Assembly (NCBI GenBank): GCA_964276515.1
Contig: OZ193910.1
Coordinates: 1,612,001 to 1,676,000 of the forward strand
From: Gordius albopunctatus
Lineage: Eukaryota
Direction: 5' to 3'
DNA: 64,000 bases
Under the pieces are notes generated by a model, which worked only from the letters and a program-made list of their open reading frames with translations, did not search any database and had not been told where the DNA came from. How positions within the stretch are numbered: the stretch's first letter is position 1; the number at the start of each line of letters is the position of its first letter. The translations under genes and the position numbers were made by a program. Of the stretch, positions 1-13,313 are shown piece by piece.

Positions 1-237
1 TACCATCTGCTCGAGTTTCTGCTCGGCCCTCGAGCATTTTTATATGCTACTGCTCCGCCTACTGCACCCAACAGCGAGCACATATTGTGGTAACATCGCG
101 CATATTAAGCAACTCAGTGTGCGCACTCGCGTCTGGAGTTTGAAGCAATTTAACAACTCTACGATATAACTGAGAGATCGTCATCACATAGCTAACTTTA
201 AGCATAACACTGTTTGGGGGCGTTGGAAATTTTGCAG

Positions 238-3200
238 GTTTTTAGATTACGGCGACGAAAGGTGGAAGGCTCAAGTGCGTCAATACTTACCCAACCTGGA
301 GACTTATTGTCCAGAAGTGACGCGGAACTTTGAGGGAACTCTAGATTGGATCCGAGAACATGCGTGTTCTCGACAATATGGACTGGGTATACATTACAAT
401 TTCATTAATTTTTTTTTATATTCCCTACTTGTAAATGGATGAATTCTGTGAGTTTATAAATGATTTCAATAGGTTTCATGTTGAGTTTCATTTTATGAGT
501 TTCAATTTTTTGTATATAAATTGGTAGACTAGATAGACTGCTCATCATGAAATTTGAATAAATGCAACATTTTTCCACCATTTTGTAATGTGCACGAGGG
601 AGGGGAGTACAAAATTATAGAAATTTTGGTTAATTAACGTGTTTTTAAAACGTAATTAAAAAATATTAAACTAGTTAAATAACATAACAAACAGCATTTT
701 AATATATATGTGTGTGTATCATTACAAAATTTATAAAAATTAATATTTAAAATATTTAATGCCATCTGCATTTGATTTAATAAACATTTAATAAGGAATG
801 AGAAAGGTAAAATTCCTTTTTTCCGTTTTAACAATGGCGGCGGACACTGCAAAAAGACACATGGGGGAGATAGTTAAATTCAAAATGGTGGATATGACGT
901 GATCAGTCTATGTTTGCGCACTAGTTTTTTGTAATATTTTAAATTTTAACCCAAAATTTTTTCCTGCCCTCATGTATTCGTTACGTATTATAAATGATCA
1001 ACTTTTCGGTAATTAACATCGGTTTAATTGACGCTCATTACATTTATATATGAGTAAATATCTACTGATATATTTGTTTAAAACCATGCAACTGTTGATA
1101 ATCTTAAAGAAATTTGCTGCATTTTTATGTTCACTCTTTAATAAGCAGTAGAACGAACAGAGCAATGCTTTTACGTCATACAAATATACTGTGCGATCAT
1201 TGATGGAATCATTTAAAATTCTGACGCTTAACTTAAGTTCGAAGCAAAATTATTTCCAAAGAGTTGCTTAGGCCTACTAGAAAATAGGTTCAAATTATTT
1301 TTTTAATCGCCCCCCCCCTATCCTCTTCAGCAGAAATATTTATAAATCCATGGTAAAAATAATATAATTTGATTTTTATGGTTAAATTCATTCTTTTTAG
1401 AAAATAATTTTATTGTTAAATTCGCGTGTTTTCTTAATTCCAAGGTTCTCGCATCCCCTGGGACGATTGTTGGCTAATTGAATCGCTCTCGGATTCGACC
1501 ATTTACATGGCCTACTACACCATAGCTCATCTCCTGCAGGGCCGAGACCTCAAAGGAATTATGGGCAATGATATAGGCATCGAGTTTGTCTTTTTGAACC
1601 TCTGACAAAATATATTAATTTTGAGTTTTTAACCCGTAGATATTTTGGCAACATGGGAGTAGCCAGAATTGGAATTAGAGGGGGGGGGGCTAAAATTATT
1701 ATTTTTTAAAATTTCACCCATAATTTAAATAAATTCAACATTAAAAAGGTTGGTTTTTTCAAGTATGAATTGTTATTTTTATTCTGCTAGAAGCTTTAGT
1801 AATTGTTCTCGTAAAACACTAAGAATGAATGAGCTTGTAATAGCATTTTTAGCCCATAGAGATGCCTGAAGCGCATTTCATTTTGCATTGTTTCTAATTT
1901 ATAAAATGACGAAACTTTTAAAATAGCATTATTTTTTTTGTAATTGCCAATTTTTAACCAATTGATAAATTGCTTGATCCTTGAGATAAATTTTAGGGCC
2001 GATATTTAAACTTAGATTAATTTGCGAAACCCTTGGGGGTGGGCGGTTGAATTCATGTTGACATTTTGAAATGTTATTCCTTTTAAAAGATCTCACCTTG
2101 TCTACTTAGTACGCATATAGTATAATAAATTTGATTTTTATAAAATGCTGTTTTAGTTTCCTCGTGAATATAATATTTGTCAAAAACTCACTTTTATACA
2201 TATGCCATTATCGAAAATTTGTTTAAAATTGTAAAATTTAGACCGGATCAAATGACACCGCCTGTATGGGATTACATATTTTTGCCCAACACTCCATACC
2301 CCTCGGAATCATCCATCCCTCGAAACGTGCTAGATCGTCTGCGTATCGAATTTGAATATTGGTATCCGGTTGATGTACGCGTTTCTGGGAAAGATTTGGT
2401 GCCTAACCATTTGACTTATTACTTGTACAATCACATCGCTATGTGGCCGGAGCATAGGTTAGTCTGCCCCCCTCTAAATCCAAAAAGTTGTTTAAATTAT
2501 GGGGCTAACATTTCAAACAATCATCATTTTGCTTCCGCAATTGCCTTTTAATTGTATTACATATGTTTTTATACCATTTTTTAGCCTTTTTGTGTGTTTT
2601 GTGAACGTTTCTTTTAAGAGCTTCAACAGGAATTTATTTAGCTAGTTATATGATTGTAAATTGATACCGAGTATTTAGCGTTAACTTTAATATCCTTCTC
2701 CAGTTTTAGTGGTTTAATACTATAGTTTAGACCGAAGTTTCAGATTAAAGGCCATTTGACTTTAATAGCCATAAAGTTTGGCGTTAAATTAAAACGTCTT
2801 TATCATTTTCTAATGCGAAGAATAGAAAGTGTTGTGTATGAGTTTGGAGCTAAAATTTGTACATGCATTGTTTTATAATCCCCTAAATTTTCCTCATTCT
2901 ACACTCCCAGGAGGAGTTTATTTTGAATATTAGATTTTTAAAAGGTGTATTGTAATTTAAAAAAATAATTTTTGTTCTGTATCTGCTTTGTTATCCGTTT
3001 GAAGTCTAAGGACTCGTCTTCTTAATATCGGATTTTGCTGCGCAGCCAAAAATCTTCGTACGAGTTATAATAGGGCCGTGTCTTAACTTCGAATGCACTG
3101 CAGATTAAAATTTCAGACGCATAACATAACAGCGATTTTGTAGGATGCAAAATTTTTCCTAACCTTAGATGTTGAGTGTTTTTAAATCTTTAGGTGTAAC

Positions 3201-6200
3201 AGCAAAGTTTAGATTTAATCTCAGTAGAGTTGAAATAAGCAAAAGTTTAATAAATAATTAAGCCTGTGTTTGTGACCCGAGAAATTTAATCGGATATTTA
3301 GACAAAGTAAATTCGCGCGATTCGTATCTGAATCCTATATTAATAAGACAATCCCTTAAATGTATAACGGAGCAATTACTACGTTGCTTTTTTAATTAAT
3401 GCTGCCACGGTGTAAATTAACTGCTATGCAATTTACGGGCTCGCTCTTGGTTGTCGTGTCTTGTAATAATATCTTATAAAATAAGTGATTTGCAATTCCA
3501 AAATAATGTTTTTCTCTTATTTTTTTGTTTGCAAATTATTTTATTGCTTTTTCATCCTCAGCGAAAAATGGCCCCTTAGCGTGCGCGCCAATGGATTGCT
3601 ATACCTCAATTCCGAAAAGGTTTCATTAAATTGCCAATATCGTTAATAACCTTTGTTTCTCTCGCCAAATATAGCCATTTTTTGCCCGTTTTTAAAATAA
3701 AAATTATAAAAAATGTTTTATTGACGATAGTTCATTTTAAAATTTAATTTACTTTTGTTTGAGCGTTTCCTAATCATTTCCAAAACATTTAAGCATAGAA
3801 ATTACTTTTAATCTATATTTTAAAAAAACCAATAGTAGTCTTATTTGTCCCAAAGTTACTACGTTTATTAATAAGTACAAGTAAGTGTTATAGCCACAAC
3901 ACATTTTTCTTCAAATTAACGCCCCGAAAAATTAACTTTAACGACGACATCACATGTTACTATGCTATAGATGTCAAAATCGACCGGCAATTTTATGACC
4001 ATAAGTCAAGCGATTGACAAATTTTCAGCTGACGGGACCAGACTAGCTCTGGCTGACGCGGGAGATGGAATAGAAGACGCTAATTTTGCCCAAGCTACCG
4101 CGGAAACTGCGGGTTCGTTGAGACTTCACACCCTGTTGGAATGGGTTTTGGATCTTTTGAAAAACCAAGATTCAACCCTGAGGCACGGCTCTAAGGATAA
4201 CTCCTTCGCGGATAGATGTTTCGAAAAGTATCGCACAAATTACATCATTCGTGCTCTCGACCCTCATGTTTATATATAAACTTTGTTGGGTTTTTCGCTG
4301 GTATTTTATGTTTAAAAATTGTGAAAATATTTTTAGAAATATTATAGCTAATTTTGAATAACTTAAATGGTATAGTTTGTAGCCTAGTGTTGGAATAAAC
4401 TTGGGCTACTACTCTAAATCTATGAGTAAGCGTAAGTATGATAAAACCATAATCTGACACCTAATGTCCGTAAAAGACCTAAATTTTGCTATGGATCAAG
4501 AAAGAATTGTGCGTGCACATATTAGTGTCGTAAAAAGACCTGGTTTTTGTTTGGTCCTCTCTGGTCTGTTTTTTAAATTTTGACTAAGCCTATAGGTCGA
4601 CCAGACCAAACTAAAGCCAGTTGTTTTTACTTCAACACTACTACATTTATTAATTTCATTTTTTAAAGCGACATCAACGATACGATCGTTCAAGTTGATG
4701 CCCTCTACCAACGCATGCTATTTAAAGATGCCTTGAAAATTGGATTCTTCGAATTCCAAGTGAGAACTCATCTTCCCTCTTACCTCGCTTTATTTTTATT
4801 AATTCTCTTTCAGTCTCCAGATATTGCTCAAACTTAACTCGAGTAAACTAAGACAAGGATTTAAGTCCCTAAGGTCGGCCCCACAAAGCCCACCCTATTT
4901 TACGACACTGGTATTAGAGCTAACTAAACGCTAAACGCCATGCATTTAGTTGATTAATTAGATGTCAAAATTGCCTATGGAAAATAACCCTTCTACGATC
5001 TCCCTATTCTTTCTTTTTGCAATTTTTAACCGCACAAGAATCTCTTCCAAAATAGAGACTTAGTTTACTCAATTACGAAATTTAGTCGTTTGTCAGTCTG
5101 TCTAGAATTATTTTTCCAGGGTTGAAGCCGCCCGCTTTTCATTTTTTCAAGATTAATAGTCATTCTATCGTGTACTTTCGTTTTTACGAATTTTATTTTA
5201 AATTCAAAAAATAGAGCATATAGCCATATATATTTGTAAAAATTCTACTATTTATACTCTTGTAAAAAATATATATATGGAAAAATATATATCTTTTCGC
5301 CAACGTGTTGAATTATTAAATAATTTTTGATAAATTTTTTCATGTCTAATTTTACATATATTATCAGGCGGCGCGCGATAGGTACCGAGAACTGTGCATG
5401 GATTTGGGTATGAATTATTCCCTTATTTTCCGTTACATAGAGGTGCAATGCCTCCTCCTTTCGCCTATTTGTCCTCACTTGACGGAATACATATGGAAAC
5501 ATCTGTTGAACAAGGTTACTATTTGGTTTTTAAAATTTGCGAAAATTGGTGGGAGAAAATCTTTGGAAATCGATTTCATTCACCAGACCCTCTCATAGTT
5601 TTACCATTTTGTACGTATTATTTCCCAAAATTATGCCAAAATAGTAAAAAGCTTTTTAAATATTTTATATTGAAAGAAAGGCCAGTTTTCTGCCTGATAT
5701 ATATCATCCCTACTAACCTTAGCTTAAATCATTGTGTAAATGCCCCTAAAAATGAGGAATCATGCCTACCATCATCCATCATCCCTAACGATATTGAGAG
5801 AGTATGCGTGGGGGGGGGGTGGAACGTAGCCTCGTAAAACGGCTGGGATTTGTGGGCTCGACCTTTGGTTTTGGGCAAGCTCTAAGCTCTAAAAACAGAC
5901 CAGAGTTGAGCGTTAGCCTTGGTTAAAGCTCTGCCATTATTTCTCTCATCTGGAAACGCAAATTAATTTACATGAGCGAGGGGCTGGCTTGAGGGGAAGC
6001 GGTCTGTTATTAAACAGAGAAGGGGCTAAATTTGTCTTTTGTTTTGGCCGCGACTCAATTGCTCGAATTTAACGTCATTTGATTACATGTGTACAAGTAG
6101 TCGACGAGCAATTTTTTATCCCTACCTTCCAAGAATTAAAGGGAATTGTAACGTCTACAACTATCGTTTCGCCGCGTAAAAAAAGTAGAGAACTGCACGG

Positions 6201-8848
6201 GTGACCTTGACCCGTTGGAAATTTTGAAATGCTTTCGGGTTCGGGTTGAAAAACTAACTTTGCAGTTCTCTATTTGCAAGTTACTCTACTGCTACTATCC
6301 TCAAATATTCTTTGTTTCTCAGTCGACCTCTATAACTCAAGAATCTTGGCCAGTAGCTGGTCCGGTGGATGCCCGTCTCTTGGACGCTTCTAAATTTTTG
6401 TGGAAGTGTGCCCACGATTTTAGGGTTCATCTCAAAACGGTAACTTCGGGGAAAAAGGTAACTATTTTGCTCTCGATAGCACGCCAAATTGTATTGTTAT
6501 TAATATCGAATAGCCTTGTACGTTTGTAGAAAAACTTGAATTAATATGAAAATTACTGCTTTTTACTTGATAATTATAGCCTTTATATAGATCGAGTGTT
6601 TGACATATTTATATTTTTTGCTCTGTTTTTAACTAATAGATGTATATTATACCTTGGCATCCTTTAAAATTTGAATCTTGAATCGTTATTTTCATTAGGA
6701 ATACTAATTTGTCTATTTTTTAAAGTGTAAACTTTATTTAATCCCCTAATTTCAATTATATTTTATATATATCAAGGTTAAGTTAATATTAATTTGTACC
6801 GTTTCTTTATTTAGAAAGAATTGGCTGGCAAAAAACCGAGCCATGCCATCATATGCATAGCCAAGACGTTCCCACCCTGGCAGCAAGCTATTATAGAAAC
6901 ATTGGGCCAACTGAAAAAAGTTACTTTCCTAATTTGCTCTTTTCCCAAACTTTAACTTTTTTTAAAAATATTCTGTTTCAATATTTTTTCACCAATTTTA
7001 CAACAAATTAATAGAAAAGTTTATATGCTATGATGACTTTTCTTAAATTTTTCCGTCTTTAATTTTGTAATAGTTAATTTGATTTATTTTAGGAAAATGG
7101 AGGTACACTGCCCGATAACAAAGTTATTTCTGTAGCCCTAAATTCTATTCCCATTTTAAAAAAACACGGCAAAAAAGTCATGCCCCTCGTGCAGATGATC
7201 AAAGTAAATAATGTCGACAAAACTTTTTCCTACAATGCCCTTAATATTAGGACACGTTTGACGTTGAAGCTCTCATATTGGACGAACGAGAAATTTTGCT
7301 ACAAAATCGTAATTACCTCTGTAACACACTCGAAGTAAAAAGTCTTCCTTTATTCCTCATATTTATTATTCTTACCTTAATACTTGTTTTTAAATGGAAA
7401 AAATTGAGCAAATTGCTACAGAACTAGAGGTTTGTCTTTTGCCCATTTGGCTTAATATAAAAAACTAGCAAAATGTATCATTTTTATAAAAGAAGTTAAT
7501 CTTATTTTAAAATATTTAACAAGAAATTAATCATAATAAATGGTCAAGTTATGTTTGAAAGGGACATATTATATTTTTGAACCAGATTTTTGTATTAAGA
7601 AACACCCCTTTAAGTTAAAATCATCTATGGAATAGTCTATTAATCTTAGTATTTTGTGAAATCCTAAAAATGCTATTATAAATCATAGGTTATTGCCTAT
7701 AGTTCGTTTTAAGATCCCAACTTATAATTAGTTAAGCATCATATTAATTATTATACAGACAAATAACGTTTTTCCAGTATTATATAGTCTTAATACATTT
7801 TTAGTTTCTATCTATAGAAGTTTCTATGTCCCCTACGAATATAGGTATCTAGGATAGATGTAATTTACGCTCAAGATCTACCAGCAGATTATCCGTCGGG
7901 CGAAGGCATTATGGACGAATGTTGCCCGGGCAAACCGTTAATACTCTACCGGTTCGAGCCTTGCTTCACTCTGACATTGGTCAATCAGCAGCCCATGGTG
8001 CCCTATTTCGAAACTAACTTAGCCGTGGTTCAGGGGGAAACTGTTGGCCAGCTCATACCCAAGATCATGGCCGGAATAGGGGGTTCGTTTTTCCTCTGAA
8101 AAAATTAAAGCATTTGTATCGACTTTTTCCACGAATTTTATGCCTATTTAGATAGTTAATATTCATTACCGTAGTGGCAACCACAGTCGGATATTTAGGC
8201 GTTAAAGCTCTCGTCCTCTTGAATCGAATTGTAAAAGCGATCTCTAACGTCTCATTAAATTTGAAAGAGTACTTTTTAATCGGGCGTAAGATCACAATGG
8301 AAATCGTTAAATCCAACACGATTTCCATGCACACGGATCAATGCTATCCGTTTAATTTTAGCCGTTTTTATAGTTTTTATATCGTTTTGACAAATTTTTT
8401 TTGTGCACTGTTAAAAAATATTCTTAATTCCAATATTTTAAAATTGTCATAAATTTTTTTTACTATTTAACAGTTGACGGTGAGTCTAAGGGCTTGACTA
8501 ATGGTCATTCGGGGAATATGGGCAAAGAAATCAAGCTTTTTAGATACAAGGACCCATCTCTCGGGCCCAGAGTTATACCTTCATGCGACGATTATAGCCC
8601 CGGTTCTAACGATTCGCTCAGCCGTAATTAATCATCCATTATGAAAAAAAATATTTTTCATACGTTATTTATTTTATTTTAAAAATATGCTTAAAATTTA
8701 TTAAATTTTATATTTTAAAGCGTCTTCCTTGATAGTTATACCCAAGGAATCGGAGATTGTGAGAGATGACAAGGATGGCAAAATATACGTGAAACAAGAT
8801 AGCACCGTTCATGAAATTGGGCATCAATTAGTGTATCACGTTTACTGA
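238..8848 (+). CDS. LARS1: Cytoplasmic leucyl-tRNA synthetase, 3' portion (5' exons lie upstream of the window)
   Basis: Phase-consistent GT-AG exons reconstructed by hand: 238-386, 1445-1583, 2242-2457, 3562-3619, 3971-4227, 4669-4759, 5368-5514, 6323-6457, 6815-6919, 7093-7203, 7251-7334, 7845-8082, 8474-8623, 8721-8848 (TGA). Translation gives [68 protein letters not shown] (KMSKS), [16 protein letters not shown] and C-terminal [10 protein letters not shown], colinear with eukaryotic LeuRS. Confidence 0.96.
4523..4640. mobile_element. MITE family B (TIR about TAGTGTTGTAAAAAC...GTTTTTACAACACTA)
   Basis: Inverted termini around a ~115-155 bp core; related copies at 19145-19260, 38223-38377, ~46965-47139 and ends near 23565-23581 and 61100-61116. 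Confidence 0.65.
6186..6272. mobile_element. MITE family C (TIR TAGAGAACTGCA), probably hAT-derived
   Basis: Perfect 12-bp TIR TAGAGAACTGCA/TGCAGTTCTCTA; the related copy at 52100-52245 is flanked by ATCCAAGG/ATCCAGGG (8-bp TSD, one mismatch). Confidence 0.7.
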
Positions 8849-8899
8849 ATGTTATGCCATAATGCCTCGTTTTTATACACCTTTACCTGATTATTCTTT

Positions 8900-8905
8900 A
8901 ATAAA
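8900..8905 (+). promoter_or_regulatory. Candidate polyadenylation signal of LARS1
   Basis: AATAAA about 50 nt after the LARS1 stop; the AT-rich background limits specificity. Confidence 0.35.
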
Positions 8906-9302
8906 TTGTTTTACAACGCTGTGTTTTGAAATTATATATAAAAGTAAATAAAAGTGATTTTCAAAAAACATCTAAATAGGCGGTTATTTGCCAATACCAA
9001 TTTATTTGACCTAAACCGATACCAAATAGAAATACGTTTATTTAATTGTGCATTTTGAGAATAGTCGGGTAGAACGTTACAAAGGAGCAGTCTGTGTATC
9101 CTATGAATAAATTAGTAGGCTATTTATTGCAAATTATTAGTCATTTTATGGTTGCAATCGTTAGTAAGATAGATTCTAGACTATGCAGAACTATAAATAT
9201 CAAGTTGTAAAAAGGCAGTCCCTAACATTTTATTATAAATTATGCCATGACTTCTTAAATATTAAATTCAGACAGATTATAAGAGTCTATTAAAAATAAT
9301 TT

Positions 9303-12300
9303 ATACATACATACATAGGTCCGCCCCGACTAACAGTCGTTTTTTCTTAACGTTTACTCGGGTTAAGACGAGTGAAAGTCTACATCTTTAGAGATGTGTA
9401 TGAGGGCCTATTGAACTTGATGTCACAATAGTACAGGTGAGGTGCTGCAAGTCAGTAGGCAGCACACTCGGTTTATATAAATCAAAAGGACAAAACAAAA
9501 AAAATTTTTACATACCATCTACGACAATTGCTGGAGATAAGGGATAGTTTACCTCGTTCGGGTTCACACTGGTACCTGCTTGAATATTGTCAGACTGTGG
9601 GAAGAGGGCTTGGTGGTTTATGGATGGTAATCAATTTTTTAGGGGTGTTGGTAGGAAATTTGTAGGTTAGGTGATTGTTGACAAACTTTTTCCAAGCGTT
9701 CCTGTTCAAGAGGATCGTGTCTAGTTGGCCGAGTTGAAATACTATGCCGTTTAATTCTCTCGACGTGTTGTAGGTCCACGTACCACGGCATTTCCGGTAT
9801 CCTAATTGTGGGGGTCTCCATAGTAAAGTGGACATGCAGAGGTTGGGGGAGCCTCTCCGAAACTGGTGTGCTAAGAAGTTCCACTTTTTAACCAAAATCA
9901 TGTATTTTACCGGGGGAAGTTTGCATAGAAACCATAAATTCTCATTCTTAATTATTCTTGGGTAGAATATTTGACAGACAATTCTCAACATTTTGTTCAC
10001 CTTTGTTTGTATGTTTTTGATTGAGCTTGTCCTGAGGTTCCAAGTCTCGCAACCGTAAAAGAGTACTGGGAGAATTAAGGTTTTGTATAGGCGAAGTTTG
10101 GTGTTTCTTGAGAGCATTTTGCAATTCCAAATTCTGTTGCATTGTTTGAACCTGATGGTAGCCTTTGTTATTTTTTCTGAGACATCTAGCGTGGTATACT
10201 TGTCCGCGCACAGAGACACACCAAGGTATTTAACTTGGTCCGAGGGTTTGATAATAGAATTATGGCTCATGATACTCGCATTGGGTTGGGGGTTGAGGGC
10301 AAGTAGTGTGGATTTTCCTGCATTGGTGATCAGGCCTCCTCGGGCTGCTTCTTGAGCATATCTATCATGCATGTTTTGTAGGTTGGACAATGAGTCGGAG
10401 ATTAAGCCGATATCATCGGCAAACAAAAGAGACGAGATCCTCGTGTTGTTACTCAACAGCAAGCCATCGTTTGGGAATATCGATCTCTTCAGTATTAGGT
10501 TCAAGACCGAGATGAAGATCAGAGGGGATAAGGGGCACCCCTGCCTAACACCTGAGTTTGGAGTGATGGGTTTTGAGAGCAGCTGATAATGTCTGACAAA
10601 AAGTTTTTGGTTTTCATATAGCATGAAAATAAGTCTTATGATTTTTTTGGTAGGCCTAGTAGACAAAGGGTTTCCCATATATATAAATGTTGGATCGAGT
10701 CAAATGCTTTGGAGATGTCAAGGAATAGTATGTACAGGGGGCTTTTTGCGCAATTAGATATGTCGATCAAGTTTTTGATGGTTAATATATGTTCGGTGGT
10801 TGTGCGCGAGCTTCTGAAGCCGGCTTGTGTGTGATTTATTTTATTGTCCATGTACGATTTAACTCGGTGGTAGAGTATGTTTATTAAAATTTTTGAGGTG
10901 ACATTAATTAGTGTTATACCTCTGTAGTTATTGGGGTCAAAGTGGTTGCCTTTTTTGAAGATTTTTATCAGAACACTGTTTGACCATGATTCGGGAAGTT
11001 GTTCGTTCGTCCATATCCTTTTGAATAATGGTTGTAGGAGCTGGGAAGAGGTTTTAGGATTTGCCTTGTAGAGTTCGGCTGAGATTCCTTCTTTGTCGGC
11101 AGCTTTGTGGTTCTTAAGTTTTTTTATAGTTTGCATGATCTCGTAACCGCTAGGGGGTTGACAGTCTATGTTGGCCTCGCCTGGGCCTTTGAAGTCCTTG
11201 ATAAACCCTGCATAAATATCTGTATATGGGAATGGGGTGGGAAAGGAAAGAATGTCGCGAAAGTGTTTTCCCCATAATTTCAGTTGAACTATGGAATCTT
11301 TGGGTTTGGGATTGGTGGTTGCAATTGGATGCTCGTTGTAACTTAGGTTCAAGCCTTTGGTTAGGGCTTTAACGTTTTTATAAAGTTTGTGGTTATTGTT
11401 CGTTCTACTTGCAACTTCTGCTTCTTTTATTATTTCCGCCGCGTATATCCTCTTATCGCGTTGCACACTGGCCTTTATAAGCTTGTTGATTGCTTTAAGA
11501 TGTTCTTTCTTAAATTTGGCTGATGATCTGGTTATTGCGCCCCTCTCATCCATAAGGCGAAGGGACTCAAAGGAGAGTGATTTGTTATGATGAGGGGTGG
11601 GTTTTAAGTTGAGCGATGAAGTGATTAGGCTTTATGTTATCCAAGCGCTTTGTTCTTCAATGGTCATGTTAATTGGTTGCGGTGTAGACTCAATTCTCTT
11701 TTGCAGGTTCTCGTTGAATAATTTAATACTCTCTGTGTCGTTTGGGCGTGGCAAGGGAGTTACGCGAGCCTTTTTTGAGGTGTTATGTAGCGATGCTGAT
11801 GTGATATTGATATCTGCCTCTAACGTGTGGTGGTCCGATGATATGTAGGGGTTAGGGTAGGATGCGTAATTTCTAACAATCTTTTTGTATTTGAATTCGG
11901 TCAGGATGTGGTCGATTTGGGAGCCTGAGGCCCTATCAGACCTCTTGTAGGTCGCTAGTTCGTTGGAATTTAATGTGGAGAAAGTTGATCGAATGGACCA
12001 TTTGTGTTTATTACACCACTTGATCAGGATTTTGCCATTTCTGTTGGTGTGGCCAAAGTTGTTAGGTCCCACACATGAGGGGTGGCAGTTTGGGGATGAT
12101 TCCACGGAAGCGTTGAAGTCCCCTATAAGGATTTTTATGTCTTTTTTGGGGAGATAGGATATTTGTTGATGGATGTTTTGAAAAAATTCAACGATGTATT
12201 TTTTTGATAGTTTGAGGTGGGGCAATAAATGTTAATAAAGGTTAACCGTTTGTTTTTGTTAATCTCAAGGGTTAATAAAATGATTCTCGGGGAGACGGGG

Positions 12301-12536
12301 TTGTGGGAGATAATATGGAGTGAGTTCTTAACTACTATAGAGACTCCTGCACCATTCTCTGTTTTAGCACCTGAATTATATGATGTGAAACCATGAAACT
12401 TATGTAGGCCATCCTCTTTGATTCTGGTTTGCTGTAAAAGGAGGACATCTTTATTATGGATTTTCATGAAGGTTAATATGTCATCCCATTTGTCTTTGAC
12501 AGTATTTACGTTTATAGATGCTACCAGCAATTTCAT
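9303..12536 (-). mobile_element. RTE-type non-LTR retrotransposon (APE endonuclease plus RT), disrupted
   Basis: Four colinear minus-strand ORF pieces: APE (LLVASINVN, GVSIVVK, ILIGDFNA, SQIDHIL, SDHH) and RT (NYRGITLIN, QAGFR, FLDISKAFDSI, GVRQGCPLSP, LLFADD, KYLG, LYKTLILPVLFYGCETW). One in-frame TAA at 11632-11634 and two frameshifts in A7 runs; 3' end in (TATG)n near 9303-9318. The 5' boundary is uncertain and may extend past 13200. Confidence 0.9.
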
Positions 12537-13313
12537 TTTTTTTTAGCGAATGGTGGGAGGCGTTAAGTGGAGAAATCTTTGAAGAGAGGTAGCTAGCGAA
12601 TATTTGGTTGTTTGGGAACGGTAAGTCAGTAGGTTGTTAACGAAGTAAGTGAAAGGTTACAAATCTTTTCTGGGAGCGAGGCTAGCAGTAAACGCGTGGC
12701 AATTAATTTACTTAGCAGCATGATTTATCTGGATTGATTTGGGAGTAGGTGGATCTTAACCATAGCTTATATACGTAGAGATGTCAAGGTGAAGTAATAC
12801 CAAAGACATATGTGGGGAGTGAGTAATTACTAGGAGTTTTAATTATTTCAAATGTTGATTGAATCCTCTTTGTCCAATCACATATGAAGATTATTCATTG
12901 AAGTATCATGCACATACATATACCTTACATGAAGCCTAAATCCCCTGGGAGCGGCGTGGCTTGCTGTGTGGGAGGGGGTGAGAGCCGTGAAATAGTGTAG
13001 ATAGGCGTATACCGATAATGTCTAAAGAAGTGTATTCAGGACTGTGGGGGCGGGGGGGGTGGGGGTTGACTAGTCCGAATAATTTAAGTAAAGCCAGACT
13101 CGCAGGATCAAAATTTAGGCGGGATAGAATCATTACTAAAGTTTAAGCCTATAGACGAGGGAGCTCTAGGGTATTTCTTCTATATACGAGTTACTCATTG
13201 ATTAACAGTTTATTTGTTTCTAATTAGGTTGTTGAGTATAATGTTATAGTCATGGTATAAATATGTGCCTGTGGGCTCAAAATTTCCACGCTGCTTTTTA
13301 ATAAACTAGTAAA

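Noticed and set aside
9639..12157. Short ORFs overlapping the LINE on either strand
   Set aside because: Shadow frames of the APE-RT coding sequence with no independent motifs.
12537..13300. Possible ORF1 or HDV-like ribozyme upstream of the RTE element
   Set aside because: Only short broken frames, and no nested double pseudoknot could be identified by eye.
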